A DNA stretch of 64,000 nucleotides from Pseudomonadales bacterium (GCA_021295895.1 JAGWBM010000029.1:25857-89856), one strand, 5' to 3'; shown: positions 33,265 to 43,313, counted from the stretch's first letter. Program-made: numbers and translations. The notes: generated from the sequence alone by a model not told the origin.

Positions 33265-34475
33265 CGGTGCGCGATGCCCACGGCGGCCTTGACGTCCTCC
33301 AGGGTTTCCCGCGCCTCCTCGCGGGCGGCCTCGGACCCTTCGATTAGGACGCTACGGACGAGGTCGGGATTGTTCTCGAACTGTTCGGCACGCTCGATGA
33401 ACGGGGCCTGTTCGCGGTTGATGGCGTCGATGAGGGGCCCCTTGCAGTCGATGCATCCGATGCCGGCGCTTCGACAACCATCGGCGGCCCAGGTCTTGGT
33501 GTCGTCGTCCGAGTAGATCTCGTGCAGCGAGAACACCGGGCACTTGTCCGGATCGCCCGGGTCTTCGCGACGTACGCGCGCCGGGTCCGTGACCATCGTG
33601 CGAACCTTCTGCTCGACCACCTCCGGGCTTTCCCGCAATCGGATCGCGTTGTTGTAGGACTTCGACATCTTGCGTCCGTCGATGCCGGGTACCAGCGGTG
33701 CCTCCGTCAAGAGCGCCTGGGGCTCCGGTAGGATGATGCGCCCGCTACCTTCCAGGTAGCCGAACAGGCGCTCGCGGTTGCCGATGGAGAGATTCTGCTG
33801 TTCGGCCAGTAGCGCCTGGGCTCGAGACAAGGCTTCGGTGTCGCCTCGCTCTAGGTAGTCCCGGCGGGCATTTCGGTAGAGGCGGGCCTGCTTCTTGCCC
33901 ATCTGGGCTATGGCGCCCTCGGCGTGCGTCTCGAACTGTGGCTCCCGACCGAAGACGTGGTTGAAACGACGGGCGATCTCGCGTGACAGTTCCAGGTGCG
34001 CGACCTGGTCGCCGCCGACCGGCACATGGCCAGCGCGGTACATCAGGATGTCCGCCGCTTGCAGCACGGGATATCCCAGGAAACCATAGGTTCCGAGATC
34101 CCGGTCGCGGAGATTCGCCAGCTGGTCCTTGTAGGTCGGTACGCGTTCGAGCCAGGACACAGGCGTGATCATCGATAGCAGAAGGTGCAGTTCCGCGTGT
34201 TCCGGAACCTTGCTCTGGACGAAGATGGTTGCCGCCCCGGGGCTAAGGCCCACCGCCAGCCAGTCGACCACGGTGTCGAACGTGAACTGCTCGATGTTCT
34301 CGGTGTCCTGGTAGCCGGTGGTCAGCGCGTGGAAGTCCGCCACGAAGAAGTAGCAGTCGTATTCGTGCTGAAGCTGTACCCAATTCTTCAGGGCACCGTG
34401 GTAGTGGCCGATGTGCATGCGACCGGTGGGCCGCATCCCCGACAATACCCGCTGATCGGAGTCGCTGCTGCTCAA
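33261..34475 (-). CDS. trpS: Tryptophan--tRNA ligase (long form)
   Basis: TTG 34475 after AAGAGG. VLSGMRPTGRMHIGHYHG (HIGH) and KMSKS motifs. About 404 aa. The upstream part of ORF 33261..34679 contains a REP. Confidence 0.88.
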   Translation of the reverse strand: MSSSDSDQRVLSGMRPTGRMHIGHYHGALKNWVQLQHEYDCYFFVADFHALTTGYQDTENIEQFTFDTVVDWLAVGLSPGAATIFVQSKVPEHAELHLLLSMITPVSWLERVPTYKDQLANLRDRDLGTYGFLGYPVLQAADILMYRAGHVPVGGDQVAHLELSREIARRFNHVFGREPQFETHAEGAIAQMGKKQARLYRNARRDYLERGDTEALSRAQALLAEQQNLSIGNRERLFGYLEGSGRIILPEPQALLTEAPLVPGIDGRKMSKSYNNAIRLRESPEVVEQKVRTMVTDPARVRREDPGDPDKCPVFSLHEIYSDDDTKTWAADGCRSAGIGCIDCKGPLIDAINREQAPFIERAEQFENNPDLVRSVLIEGSEAAREEARETLEDVKAAVGIAHR

Positions 34476-34506
34476 GGTTGGTTCGGTTGCCTCTTCAACA
34501 ACGCCC

Positions 34507-34584
34507 GTAGGGCACGGGCTTGTCCCGTTCCAAACACCCATGCCCGGTGCGGGCGGGGATAAGCCCTGGGATAAGCCCCGCCCC
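34507..34584. repeat. Type B REP (opposite orientation) plus a second GC hairpin
   Basis: GTAGGGCACGGGCTTGTCCCGTTCC at 34507-34531. GGGCGGGG-17 nt loop with ATAAGCCC x2-CCCCGCCC at 34551-34584. Confidence 0.75.
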
Positions 34585-34764
34585 GACGAGACTGTTGCGG
34601 CGGGCCCTGGATTCGCCGACGTCGTGGAATCTAGCGCGTCTCGCGAGTACGCGAGCCGTCCAAGAGCAATTCGCGGCACCTCTCACGAAACTTGGTTCAA
34701 GTGTAAAGAAGCCGACATCAACGGTCGCCCGGCGGACTGGTTCATGAGAAGCAGTATAGCGTGG

Positions 34765-35412
34765 TCAGATGTCCAGCGTGCCGACGCCGTCCCGCACGAC
34801 CCGGGCGTCGCCGGACGTGAGATCCACAACGGTGGTGGGCTGCACGCCCCCGATGCCACCGTCGACGATGACGTCCACCGCGTGTTCGAGCCCGGCGCGT
34901 TCCATCTCCATGTCGGTGAGCGGCAGGCTGGCACCGGGCAGGAGCGCCGTGGTCGACATGATCGGTTCGCCGAGGGCGGTCAGGATGGCTTGGGCGATGA
35001 CGGCGTCCGGGACGCGTAGGCCGATCGTCCGGCGTTGCCGATGCACGAGCCGGCGGGGCACCTCGCGGGTGGCCGTCAGTACGAAAGTCATCGGTCCCGG
35101 CAGGTGGCGCTTGAGGATGCGGTAGCTGGTGTTGTCCACGCGGGCGTAGGTCGCCAGTTCGGACAGGTCGCGGCACACCAGGGTGAGGTGGTGATCCTTG
35201 GGCAACTGGCGAAGCGACCGAATCCGGTCGGCGGCATCCTTGTCCCCCAGTCGGCATCCGAGGGCGTACGTGGAGTCGGTGGGGTAGACGATGACGCCAC
35301 CGCCCGCGACGATCTCGGCGGCGCGGTTGACTAGCCGCGGCTGCGGGTGCGTGGGATGAACGACGAGGTATTGGCTCAAGGTGGGCGACGGTGCGTTATG
35401 ATGGCGGCGCAT
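34765..35412 (-). CDS. yciO: YciO/TsaC-family (Sua5/YrdC fold) protein
   Basis: Colinear with E. coli YciO (VVHPTHPQPRLVNRAAEIVAGGGVIVYPTDSTYALGC...). Start is ATG 35412 or TTG 35379; the latter matches the E. coli N-terminus MSQFF. Confidence 0.88.
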   Translation of the reverse strand: MRRHHNAPSPTLSQYLVVHPTHPQPRLVNRAAEIVAGGGVIVYPTDSTYALGCRLGDKDAADRIRSLRQLPKDHHLTLVCRDLSELATYARVDNTSYRILKRHLPGPMTFVLTATREVPRRLVHRQRRTIGLRVPDAVIAQAILTALGEPIMSTTALLPGASLPLTDMEMERAGLEHAVDVIVDGGIGGVQPTTVVDLTSGDARVVRDGVGTLDI

Positions 35413-35509
35413 GATACGACAGTGCGCCGGTCTAATGGCCGCGCCATCGACATCCGCTGCAGTCGGGCCAAACCGCCGCCTACGCAACAACCTATCCTCT
35501 CCTAGCACC

Positions 35510-37363
35510 GTGCTTCAGTTCATCGATGTAATGCTGCGCCGCGGCGAGAAGATGCTGTTCGACGGCCTCAGTCTCACGATCCACGCCGGTCACAAGGCGG
35601 GGGTCGTGGGCCGCAACGGGATCGGCAAGTCGACGCTGTTCGAATTGGTCCGGCATCGGCTCCTCCCGGAGGCGGGCGAGATTGTCTGGCCGGCGTCCTG
35701 GCGGCTGTCCTGCCTCGAACAGTCGATCGAGCCGTCTTCTCGTTCGGCCCTGGATTTCGTGTTGGATGGCGATACGCGGTTGCGATCCATCGAGAGATCG
35801 ATCGCGAAGGCCGAACGCGCGGCCGACGACCACGCCCTGGGCCATCTCTACTCCGACTTCGACGATGCCGGGGGCTACGATGCCCATGCACGCGCCGGCG
35901 AGATCCTCTCCGGCCTCGGCTTTGACGCGTCCGACTTCGACAAGCCCCATGGCGCGTTTTCCGGCGGCTGGCGCATCAGGGCGAACCTCGCCCGGGCTTT
36001 GATGACCCCTTCGGAACTGCTGTTGCTCGACGAGCCGACCAACCACTTGGACCTGGACGCGACGCTGTGGCTCGAGAACTGGGTGCGCAAGTACCAGGGA
36101 ACGCTGCTCTTGATCGCCCACGACCGGGACTTCCTGGACCGCAGCATGGGCGAGATCGTCCACCTGGACGACGGCAAGGCCACCGCCTACGCGGGCAACT
36201 ACAGCGCCTTCGAACGCCAGCGCGCCGAGGCACTGGAACGCCGGGCGGCGATCTACAAGAAGCAGCAGCGGCGCGTCGCCGAGATCCACGCCTTCGTGGA
36301 CCGTTTCCGGGCCAAGGCGAGCAAGGCGCGCCAGGCCCAGAGCCGGTTGAAGGAACTCGAACGCATGGACCTTCTCGCCCCGGTCCACGCCGAGTTGCCT
36401 TACCGGTTCGCCTTCACGCAGCCGAAGAAGATCTCCAACCCGACGCTCATGCTCGACGACGCGGCGATCGGCTACGACGGCAAGGCGGTCCTCGAAGATG
36501 TCACGTTGCGGGTCTATCCGAACGATCGCATCGGTGTCCTCGGTGCCAACGGCGCCGGCAAGACCACTTTGCTGCGCTGTCTTGCTGGCGAACTGACCCC
36601 GCTCGCGGGATCGTCGGGTCGCGGCCAACACGCCACGGTGGGCTACTTCGCCCAACACCAGTTGGAGTCGCTGGATCTCGACGCCTCGCCGCTCAACCAT
36701 TTCGCGGATCCGCAGGGAAACGATCTGCCTGTGTGGACGGATCAGCGGATCCGGGACTACCTCGGTGGTTGGGGTTTCCGTGGCGACGACGTGGGCCGGC
36801 CGGCGAGGACGTTCTCCGGTGGCGAGAAAGCGCGGCTCGTGCTTGCGCTACTCGCCTGTCGACAGCCCGCCGTGCTGGTGCTCGACGAACCCACCAACCA
36901 CTTGGATCTCGACATGCGGCAGGCGTTGGCCATCGCCCTGCAGGAATACCGGGGTGCCGTGCTACTGGTATCCCACGACCGCCACCTGCTCAGGCAATGC
37001 GCGGACGACTTCTGGCTGGTTGCCGACGGCACCGTCAGGCGCTTCCGCGACGACCTCGACGCGTACACCGCGCTGCGCCGAAAACGCTCGGCGGGCGAGC
37101 GTCCGGCAAGTGACGGCGCGCAACGCCAACCCCGCGGCAATCGCAACTCGTTGAGCCGAGAACAGGTACGGCTCGAAAAACGCCTCGAGCAGCTTGCCGG
37201 TCGCCTCGAGGACATCGACGCGAGTCTCGGCGAACCCGACATGCATGAGCGACCCGACGAACTGGCTCAGCGGGTGGCCGAACGTCGGCGAACCGCGGGG
37301 GAGATGGAACGGGCAGAGGCGGCTTGGTTAGCCGTCCAGGGGAAAATCGACCTGCTGGATTGA
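35510..37363 (+). CDS. yheS: ABC-F family ATPase YheS
   Basis: GTG 35510. Two ABC cassettes (GRNGIGKST, GANGAGKTT, two LSGG/FSGGE signatures) with an interdomain linker and C-terminal coil. Colinear with E. coli YheS. Confidence 0.9.
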   Translation: MLQFIDVMLRRGEKMLFDGLSLTIHAGHKAGVVGRNGIGKSTLFELVRHRLLPEAGEIVWPASWRLSCLEQSIEPSSRSALDFVLDGDTRLRSIERSIAKAERAADDHALGHLYSDFDDAGGYDAHARAGEILSGLGFDASDFDKPHGAFSGGWRIRANLARALMTPSELLLLDEPTNHLDLDATLWLENWVRKYQGTLLLIAHDRDFLDRSMGEIVHLDDGKATAYAGNYSAFERQRAEALERRAAIYKKQQRRVAEIHAFVDRFRAKASKARQAQSRLKELERMDLLAPVHAELPYRFAFTQPKKISNPTLMLDDAAIGYDGKAVLEDVTLRVYPNDRIGVLGANGAGKTTLLRCLAGELTPLAGSSGRGQHATVGYFAQHQLESLDLDASPLNHFADPQGNDLPVWTDQRIRDYLGGWGFRGDDVGRPARTFSGGEKARLVLALLACRQPAVLVLDEPTNHLDLDMRQALAIALQEYRGAVLLVSHDRHLLRQCADDFWLVADGTVRRFRDDLDAYTALRRKRSAGERPASDGAQRQPRGNRNSLSREQVRLEKRLEQLAGRLEDIDASLGEPDMHERPDELAQRVAERRRTAGEMERAEAAWLAVQGKIDLLD

Positions 37364-37419
37364 CCCCCTATGCGCATCGCTTGGGAAAACCGCAACCCGT
37401 TGAATCGCCTGACCGAATC

Positions 37420-37444
37420 GTAGGGGCGACGCTTGTCGTCGCCC
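37420..37444. repeat. Type A REP (stem variant GCGACG/CGTCGC)
   Basis: GTAGGGGCGACGCTTGTCGTCGCCC immediately downstream of yheS. Confidence 0.85.
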
Positions 37445-37518
37445 GTTGGCGAATGACCCGGTTGCCCCGGCAACGTAGACACACCTCTTTCGGGGGGATC
37501 CTCCAGTGGCTCGATCGT

Positions 37519-38433
37519 TCAACCGTCAAGATGCGAGCCGCTCAGAAACGCCGGGTCGGCAACGGCGTCGCGAATATGGCGGGCCACGAGGTCGGGCGCT
37601 TGCATCGGCATGAAGTGCGTCAGTTCCGGGTGATGCACATCGCGCCCGTTTGGAAATGCCGCCGCCAATCCAGCCCACGTCGGTGATCGGGAGAAGTCCA
37701 TCGCGCCCGAGCCGAGGGGGCCATCGTGACCGGAAGGCCGCGCCTTTGCCCGCAGCACCACGACCGGTTGCGTCACTCGTTCGATGATCGCGCGGATGTC
37801 GCGACCGGCGCTTCCCGCGTAGATGGCGGCTTCGACCTGGGGCGGACAGCCGAGCACGAAGCCGTCGCCGTCGGGAACGATGCCGAAGCGGCAATAGTCC
37901 ATGAGAATCTCGGGAACCCATAGGCTGAACGGATGCCTGTCCTTGAATCGTTCGAACATCTCCTCGGGCGATGCCCACTGGTTGCGTCGGCGGGAAACGG
38001 GATGATCGTCGGCCGAACGGAAGGGCGCTGAAATGGCGTATGCGGCGGGATCCAGGATCACGGGATCGACCAGCAGCAAAGCCCGGAACCGCTCCGGGTG
38101 CACGCCAGCGGCTTGCACGGTGGCGTGGCCGCCCATCGAATGACCGACGCCGATGATGTCGTCGAGATCGAGTGCCTCGACCAGCGCGGCCGCATCGGCA
38201 CCGAACTCACCCCATTCGTAGGGCGGCGCCTTCGTGGAGCGACCGTGGCCGCGCTGATCCACGGCGATGACGCGAGGGGCTTGCCTCTCGCTTGAGAGAC
38301 CCCGGATGACACCATCCCAGCAGCGAGCATGGAAGCCGGTGGCGTGCAGCATCAGCACGGTGGGCCCGACACGAGGTCCCCATTCGAAGTAGGCGAGTTC
38401 AATGCCGCGAATGGCGACCCGGCACTCTCTCAC
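37519..38433 (-). CDS. Alpha/beta-fold hydrolase
   Basis: 304 aa. Nucleophile elbow GVGHSMGG, HATGFH oxyanion region, C-terminal H in HFMPM. Confidence 0.8.
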   Translation of the reverse strand: MRECRVAIRGIELAYFEWGPRVGPTVLMLHATGFHARCWDGVIRGLSSERQAPRVIAVDQRGHGRSTKAPPYEWGEFGADAAALVEALDLDDIIGVGHSMGGHATVQAAGVHPERFRALLLVDPVILDPAAYAISAPFRSADDHPVSRRRNQWASPEEMFERFKDRHPFSLWVPEILMDYCRFGIVPDGDGFVLGCPPQVEAAIYAGSAGRDIRAIIERVTQPVVVLRAKARPSGHDGPLGSGAMDFSRSPTWAGLAAAFPNGRDVHHPELTHFMPMQAPDLVARHIRDAVADPAFLSGSHLDG

Positions 38434-38485
38434 GTTAAGGTGTCCTCGGACTCATGGAGAACGCGACCGGACTCGCCGTTGGCGC

Positions 38486-38509
38486 GTCGGGACGGGCTTG
38501 TCCCGTCCC
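38486..38509. repeat. Type B REP (head GTCG instead of GTAG)
   Basis: GTCGGGACGGGCTTGTCCCGTCCC between the hydrolase start and the DUF418 gene end. Confidence 0.8.
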
Positions 38510-38574
38510 GCTGCTGGCGAAACGCACGTCCCTGATGCCGCCGACCGCGCACCCCGACGGGGGCGATCGGGGCG

Positions 38575-39864
38575 CTACGGACCTGTTCCATGCAGCGCCA
38601 TGGGCTGCCGGCGCCCGTAGGTGAGCGTGCGCCACAGCCACTCAAGCGGCCCGAACCGATAGCGGTCAAGCCACCACACGCTGAACGCGATCATGACCAA
38701 CCACTGACCAAACACGACGTAGTACAACTCGTGCCGCGCCAGCTCGTTCCACAATCCGAACCCCATGTCGTGGAAGATCACGATCCCGAACAGGCTCTGG
38801 AGGATGTAGTTCGAGAGCGCCATGCGCCCCACGGCCGCAAGACCCCGCCGCAGTTTCGCCAGGTAGCCGCGCGCGCCGGCGATCATGACGGCCGACACGA
38901 AACCCAATGCCATGCACACCCGGCCGAGGTCGTTGGTGGGAACGGACGCACCGGACACCCATTCGGGCGCGTAGTCGGTGGCGATCTTCATGGCCATTTC
39001 GAAGCCGTTGACGGCCAGGCCGATGCCGAATCCCAGGACCGCCGTCGCCAGGTAGAAGCCTTGGCTTCGCTGTCCGGTCAGAAAACCGACCTTGAACAGG
39101 GCCATGCCGAGCAGCATGCACGCGATGGCGTCCCAAATAATGAAGTAGGGCAGCGCGAAGACATAGAGGTCGATGACTTCCCCCGCATTCGCCTTAACGG
39201 ATTGCCAATACGACCCTTCGAACTTCAACCTCTCCCTTTCGAGAAGGCCCGGGGTCGGCTCGATGTTGACCTCCAGCTCGCGCCATCCGTCGAGCATGGC
39301 CCGTTCTTCGGTCGTTATCGACTCGCCGGCGTCCAACCGCACCTGCACCGCCTCGGCCTGCTCGGGCACGACCGTCAGCATCAGGTAGAAGGATCCGTAG
39401 CAGATCACCAGGTAGGCGAAGACAACGCCGGCGGCGATGAAGAGTCCTCGGGGTGGCCAGTTGCGTGCGAAGTAGAGAACCATTCCGGCAAGGGCGTAGG
39501 GCACGAGGATGTCGCCCGTCCACAACAGGACGAAGGCATCGATCAGGCCGATCGCGAGCAGCAGCAGCTGGCGCCGGTAGTGGATCGCCGCGCCCTTGCC
39601 GCTTGCCGCCACCATGGCGATGCCGGCCCCGAACAGCATCGAGAACAGCGCGCGCATCGCGCCCTCGAAGACGAACCCCATGGCGAAGTAGGCGGCGAAG
39701 TCGACACCGGTGGTCGAGCCGTCGACGGTGGGATCGAACTGGGCCCGGAACGGCAGGCCGAAAGCCAGGATGTTGATGATCAGTATGCCGAGGAGGGCAA
39801 CGCCGCGGATGGTGTCGATGGCCTCGATACGCTCGTTCGGCGCGGCCGGCGCAAGGTCGGTCAT
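38575..39864 (-). CDS. DUF418 (YeiB-like) polytopic membrane protein
   Basis: 429 aa with about 10 TM segments. RIEAIDTIRGVALLGILIIN N-terminus and C-terminal GRMALSNYILQS...GPLEWLWR signature. Confidence 0.8.
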   Translation of the reverse strand: MTDLAPAAPNERIEAIDTIRGVALLGILIINILAFGLPFRAQFDPTVDGSTTGVDFAAYFAMGFVFEGAMRALFSMLFGAGIAMVAASGKGAAIHYRRQLLLLAIGLIDAFVLLWTGDILVPYALAGMVLYFARNWPPRGLFIAAGVVFAYLVICYGSFYLMLTVVPEQAEAVQVRLDAGESITTEERAMLDGWRELEVNIEPTPGLLERERLKFEGSYWQSVKANAGEVIDLYVFALPYFIIWDAIACMLLGMALFKVGFLTGQRSQGFYLATAVLGFGIGLAVNGFEMAMKIATDYAPEWVSGASVPTNDLGRVCMALGFVSAVMIAGARGYLAKLRRGLAAVGRMALSNYILQSLFGIVIFHDMGFGLWNELARHELYYVVFGQWLVMIAFSVWWLDRYRFGPLEWLWRTLTYGRRQPMALHGTGP

Positions 39865-39915
39865 GGCGACACTATAACGCGAAGGGGTCGTTCGCGATGG
39901 TTCTTTGCCGGCCCC

Positions 39916-39938
39916 GTAGGGGCGACGCTTGTCGTCGC
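39916..39938. repeat. Type A REP followed by a T7 run
   Basis: GTAGGGGCGACGCTTGTCGTCGC then TTTTTTT. Confidence 0.8.
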
Positions 39939-40042
39939 TTTTTTTGTTTCAACCCGGGCGACCGTGCGCCTACAAGGAATGCCGCCGCGGCCGCAGAGCG
40001 CACCGCCGCCGGCGTGAACTACGCCGTCCCGAATCAAATGAC

Positions 40043-40067
40043 GGGACGGGACAAGCCCGTCCCCTAC
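40043..40067. repeat. Type B REP
   Basis: GGGACGGGACAAGCCCGTCCCCTAC, overlapping the stop of the crotonase pseudogene. Confidence 0.85.
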
Positions 40068-40769
40068 ACCACCGCCCGCGGCTTGACCCGGGGTCCCGGG
40101 TGCCGTGTGGCCCGGTCGAACCAGTCGGCCGCGGGGATGTCGTGGTAGGCGCGCAGAAGCGTCTTGAGCCGCGCCAACGCGCCGTCGGGGTAGGCAGCCA
40201 GTTCCTCCACCAGTTCTCGTGCGGCTGTTACGACGTGGTCATCGGAAACGGCCTCGTAGGCGATGCCCAGGGAGGTGAGTTCCGAGCCTGGAAACCGACG
40301 CCCGGTCAGCGTCAACTGCGCGGCGGTGCTCTCGCTGTGGCGCAGTCGAAGCCATGCCATGTTGTACGGTGCCGCCATGCCCTGCTTGACCTCGCCGACC
40401 TGAAGGAAAGCGGTCTCGCCTGCAACCAGGAGGTCGGCAGCGAGTGCCAGGGCTGCGCCCCCGTTGATCGCGTAGCGCTCGAGGGCGGCGACGACGGGTG
40501 GCCTTGTGGGTGGCCCGCCAGATGGCCGGGAAACGCGGCATCCAGTCCGGCGGCGGCTCGGCATTGAAGGCCTTCAGATCGAGGCCGGAGCAGAATGCGC
40601 CGTCGGCGCCGCGCAACAGGATCGCCTGGATGCCGTCCCCGGCATCGGCGCGTTGGATCGCCGCCGCAAGCCCCTCGCCTAAGGGGCCGTTGATCGCGTT
40701 CCGGCTCTCGGGGCGGTTCAGGACGACCTCGGCCCACCGCCCGTGGTCGATGAACTCCACCTCCGCCAT
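40064..40769 (-). pseudogene. Enoyl-CoA hydratase/isomerase (crotonase) gene split by a 1-nt frameshift near 40495-40515
   Basis: N-terminal half MAEVEFIDHGRWAEVVLNRPESRNAING...FCSGLDLKAF (frame of ORF 40239..41228). C-terminal half PPVVAALERYAINGGAALALAADLLVAGE... (ORF 40064..40564). The span is 706 nt, not divisible by 3. Confidence 0.8.
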
Positions 40770-40850
40770 CCGACGCCCCTTGATCGACGTAACGACGCCG
40801 AAGCATACTCCACCCTCACCGTACAACCACACAGGATAGGGAGCACGAGC

Positions 40851-41270
40851 GTGGATCTGACGGACAGCAAGACGCTTAACAACTTGAAGGACGCGTTCGC
40901 CGGCGAGTCGCAGGCGAATCGACGGTATCTGTATTTCGCCGCCAAGGCGGATGTCGAAGGCGAGAACGACGTGGCGGCGGTGTTCCGGTCCACGGCGGAA
41001 GGCGAGACCGGCCACGCCCACGGCCACCTGGAATACATGGAGAGCGTTGGCGACCCGGCGACCGGCCTGCCGATCGGGACCACGGACGCGAACTTGAAGG
41101 CCGCCATCGCCGGTGAGACCTACGAGTACACCGACATGTACCCCGGTATGGCGAAGACCGCCCGTGACGAAGGCTTCGACGAGATCGCGGACTGGTTCGA
41201 GACGTTGGCCAAGGCCGAACGGTCCCACGCCAACCGCTTCACCAAAGCGTTGAACGCGATGGAGGACTAG
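40851..41270 (+). CDS. Rubrerythrin-family diiron protein (no rubredoxin domain)
   Basis: GTG 40851 after AGGGAG. 139 aa. [15 protein letters not shown]...[10 protein letters not shown]...[10 protein letters not shown]...[11 protein letters not shown] (two ExxH pairs). Confidence 0.85.
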   Translation: MDLTDSKTLNNLKDAFAGESQANRRYLYFAAKADVEGENDVAAVFRSTAEGETGHAHGHLEYMESVGDPATGLPIGTTDANLKAAIAGETYEYTDMYPGMAKTARDEGFDEIADWFETLAKAERSHANRFTKALNAMED

Positions 41271-41297
41271 CCTCGCTACTCGTAATTCGCGACGACG

Positions 41298-41331
41298 AAG
41301 GCCTCGCTTGGAGAAAGCGGGGCCTTTTTTG
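41298..41331 (+). terminator. Rho-independent terminator after the rubrerythrin gene
   Basis: GGCCTCGC-TTGGAGAAA-GCGGGGCC stem-loop (one G-U pair) followed by TTTTTT. Confidence 0.75.
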
Positions 41332-41449
41332 TGTCCAAGGTGTGAACAAACCCTACTAGAGGAACGACGACATCAGGGAAGGTAGCCTCGAAGCGCCGAA
41401 ACGCGAGCCGATCGACTGGCAGGGCGCGGAATTCCACGACCGGAACGCC

Positions 41450-42691
41450 GTGGATGCCGAACTCGAGCGAGTGTTCGACGTCTGCCACGGTTGCCGGCGC
41501 TGCGTGAATCTCTGCGAGGCGTTTCCGACCCTGTTCGACCTGATCGACGAGTCGGACACCATGGAAGTGGACGGCGTCGACAAGGCGGACTTCGGCAAGG
41601 TGGTCGAGCAGTGCTACCTGTGCGATCTCTGCGCCGAGACCAAGTGTCCGTACCTGCCGCCCCACGAGTGGCGCATCGACTTTCCGCACCTGATGCTGCG
41701 TGCCAAGGCGGCGCGGTTCAAGGAGTCGAAGCCGCGCTGGCGCGACCGGCTCATCACGAGTACCGGCGGGGCATTTAAGGCGTTGTCGACACCCGGTGTC
41801 GCCCCGCTTGCCAACGCCGCCGCGAACAACGCCACGCTCCGGGGTCTGGGTGAACGGCTCGCGGGCATCCACAAGGACGCCCCGTTGCCCGTCTTCCATA
41901 GCCGCACCGCGAGCAGGCGCGCCGCGCCGACCGACGACATCGAACCCCGCGCCGGCAGTGGGACGACGGGCAAGGTCGCCGTGTACGTCACTTGCTACGG
42001 GGAGCACAACGAACCGAACGTCGTCGAGGATCTACTTGCAGTGCTGCGCCACAACGGCATTGCCGTGAAACTGCTCGCGGGTACCGCCTGCTGCGGGATG
42101 CCGAAATTCGAACTCGGCGACCTCGACTCGGTGGCGGCGCACAAGGACGCCAACCTGCCGCTTTTCCTCGACGCGATCGACGACGGCCACGAGCTCATGT
42201 CGATCGTGCCCTCGTGTACGTTGATGTACCGTCAGGAACTGCCCCTGCTGTTTCCGCACGACGAAGCGGTCGCGCGCGTCGGCGAAGCGTTCTTCGATCC
42301 CTTCGAGTACCTGGTCCTGCGCCGTCGTGATGGCCTCGCCAACCTCGATTTCGAGGACTCCCTGGGCAAGGTCGCCTACCACGCCGCGTGTCATCAGCGC
42401 GTGCAGTCCATCGGCCAACGTACCCGGGAGTTCCTTTCCCTGGTGCCGGACACCGAGGTCACCATGATCGAACGGTGTTCCGGACACGACGGCACGTACG
42501 CGGTGAAGGCGGAGACCTATCCGAAGGCGATGAAGATCGCCCGGCCGGTGGTGCGGCGGGTCCGCGAAGCCGAAGCGAATACGTACGGGTCCGACTGCCC
42601 CATGGCCGGCCGGCTCATCGAGCACGGCTTAGACGATGGTTCGACCGCCACGCATCCGATCTCGATGCTGCGCCGGGCGTACGCGATTTGA
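41450..42691 (+). CDS. Heterodisulfide-reductase-related Fe-S protein (2x[4Fe-4S] ferredoxin motifs + two CCG domains); 5' end problematic
   Basis: 413 aa from GTG 41450. CHGCRRCVNLC and CYLCDLCAETKCP clusters. CCGMP and C-terminal Cys-rich (CCG-type) regions. Confidence 0.8.
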   Translation: MDAELERVFDVCHGCRRCVNLCEAFPTLFDLIDESDTMEVDGVDKADFGKVVEQCYLCDLCAETKCPYLPPHEWRIDFPHLMLRAKAARFKESKPRWRDRLITSTGGAFKALSTPGVAPLANAAANNATLRGLGERLAGIHKDAPLPVFHSRTASRRAAPTDDIEPRAGSGTTGKVAVYVTCYGEHNEPNVVEDLLAVLRHNGIAVKLLAGTACCGMPKFELGDLDSVAAHKDANLPLFLDAIDDGHELMSIVPSCTLMYRQELPLLFPHDEAVARVGEAFFDPFEYLVLRRRDGLANLDFEDSLGKVAYHAACHQRVQSIGQRTREFLSLVPDTEVTMIERCSGHDGTYAVKAETYPKAMKIARPVVRRVREAEANTYGSDCPMAGRLIEHGLDDGSTATHPISMLRRAYAI

Positions 42692-42705
42692 GCGTTGAGG
42701 TCGTC

Positions 42706-43299
42706 GTGCAGAAGCTGACTCGCGAAACGCTCTGGAGCCTCGAACAGTACGCCGTGGAACGCGAGGCGTTCCGGCGCATGGTGATCGAACACAAGCGTGC
42801 CCGGCGGGTGGCCCTGGGAGCGCACGCCACGCTTCTGTTCGAGGATTTCCTGACCATGAAGTACCAGGTCCAGGAAATGCTGCGCGTGGAGCGCATCTTC
42901 GAACCCGACGCCATCGAGGATGAGATCGCGGCCTACAACCCGCTGATCCCGGATGGCACCAACTGGAAGGCGACGTTGCTGATCGAGTACGAGGACGTGG
43001 CGGAACGGGCGGCGGCGCTCAAGCGCATGCCCGGCGTCGAGCACCGGGTTTGGGTCGGTGTCGGCGATACGCCGCGAACGTTCGCCGTTGCCGACGAAGA
43101 TCTCGACCGCACGGATCGGGACAAGACCGCCGCGGTGCACTTCCTGCGTTTCGAACTGGATCCCGACCGGGTTGACGCCGTTGCGGCGGGTGCTGCGGTG
43201 ACCCTCGGGATCGACCACGACGAACTGCGCTGCAGGGTGACGCTTGATGACCACACGGCCGCGGCACTGGCGGGTGATTTGATCCCGACCGGCGGTTGA
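42706..43299 (+). CDS. DUF3501-family protein
   Basis: GTG 42706 gives (M)QKLTRETLWSLEQYAVEREAFRRMVIEHKRARRV...EMLRVERIF...YNPLIPDGTNWKATLLIEY, the family N-terminus as I recall it. TTG 42688 is an alternative start. Confidence 0.7.
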   Translation: MQKLTRETLWSLEQYAVEREAFRRMVIEHKRARRVALGAHATLLFEDFLTMKYQVQEMLRVERIFEPDAIEDEIAAYNPLIPDGTNWKATLLIEYEDVAERAAALKRMPGVEHRVWVGVGDTPRTFAVADEDLDRTDRDKTAAVHFLRFELDPDRVDAVAAGAAVTLGIDHDELRCRVTLDDHTAAALAGDLIPTGG

Positions 43300-43313
43300 G
43301 AAGGCGGCACTCG

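Noticed and set aside
39916-39950. REP hairpin followed by T7, considered as a rho-independent terminator
   Set aside because: The T-run follows the hairpin only on the plus strand, whereas both flanking genes are transcribed on the minus strand. It cannot terminate them, so it is treated as a REP copy.
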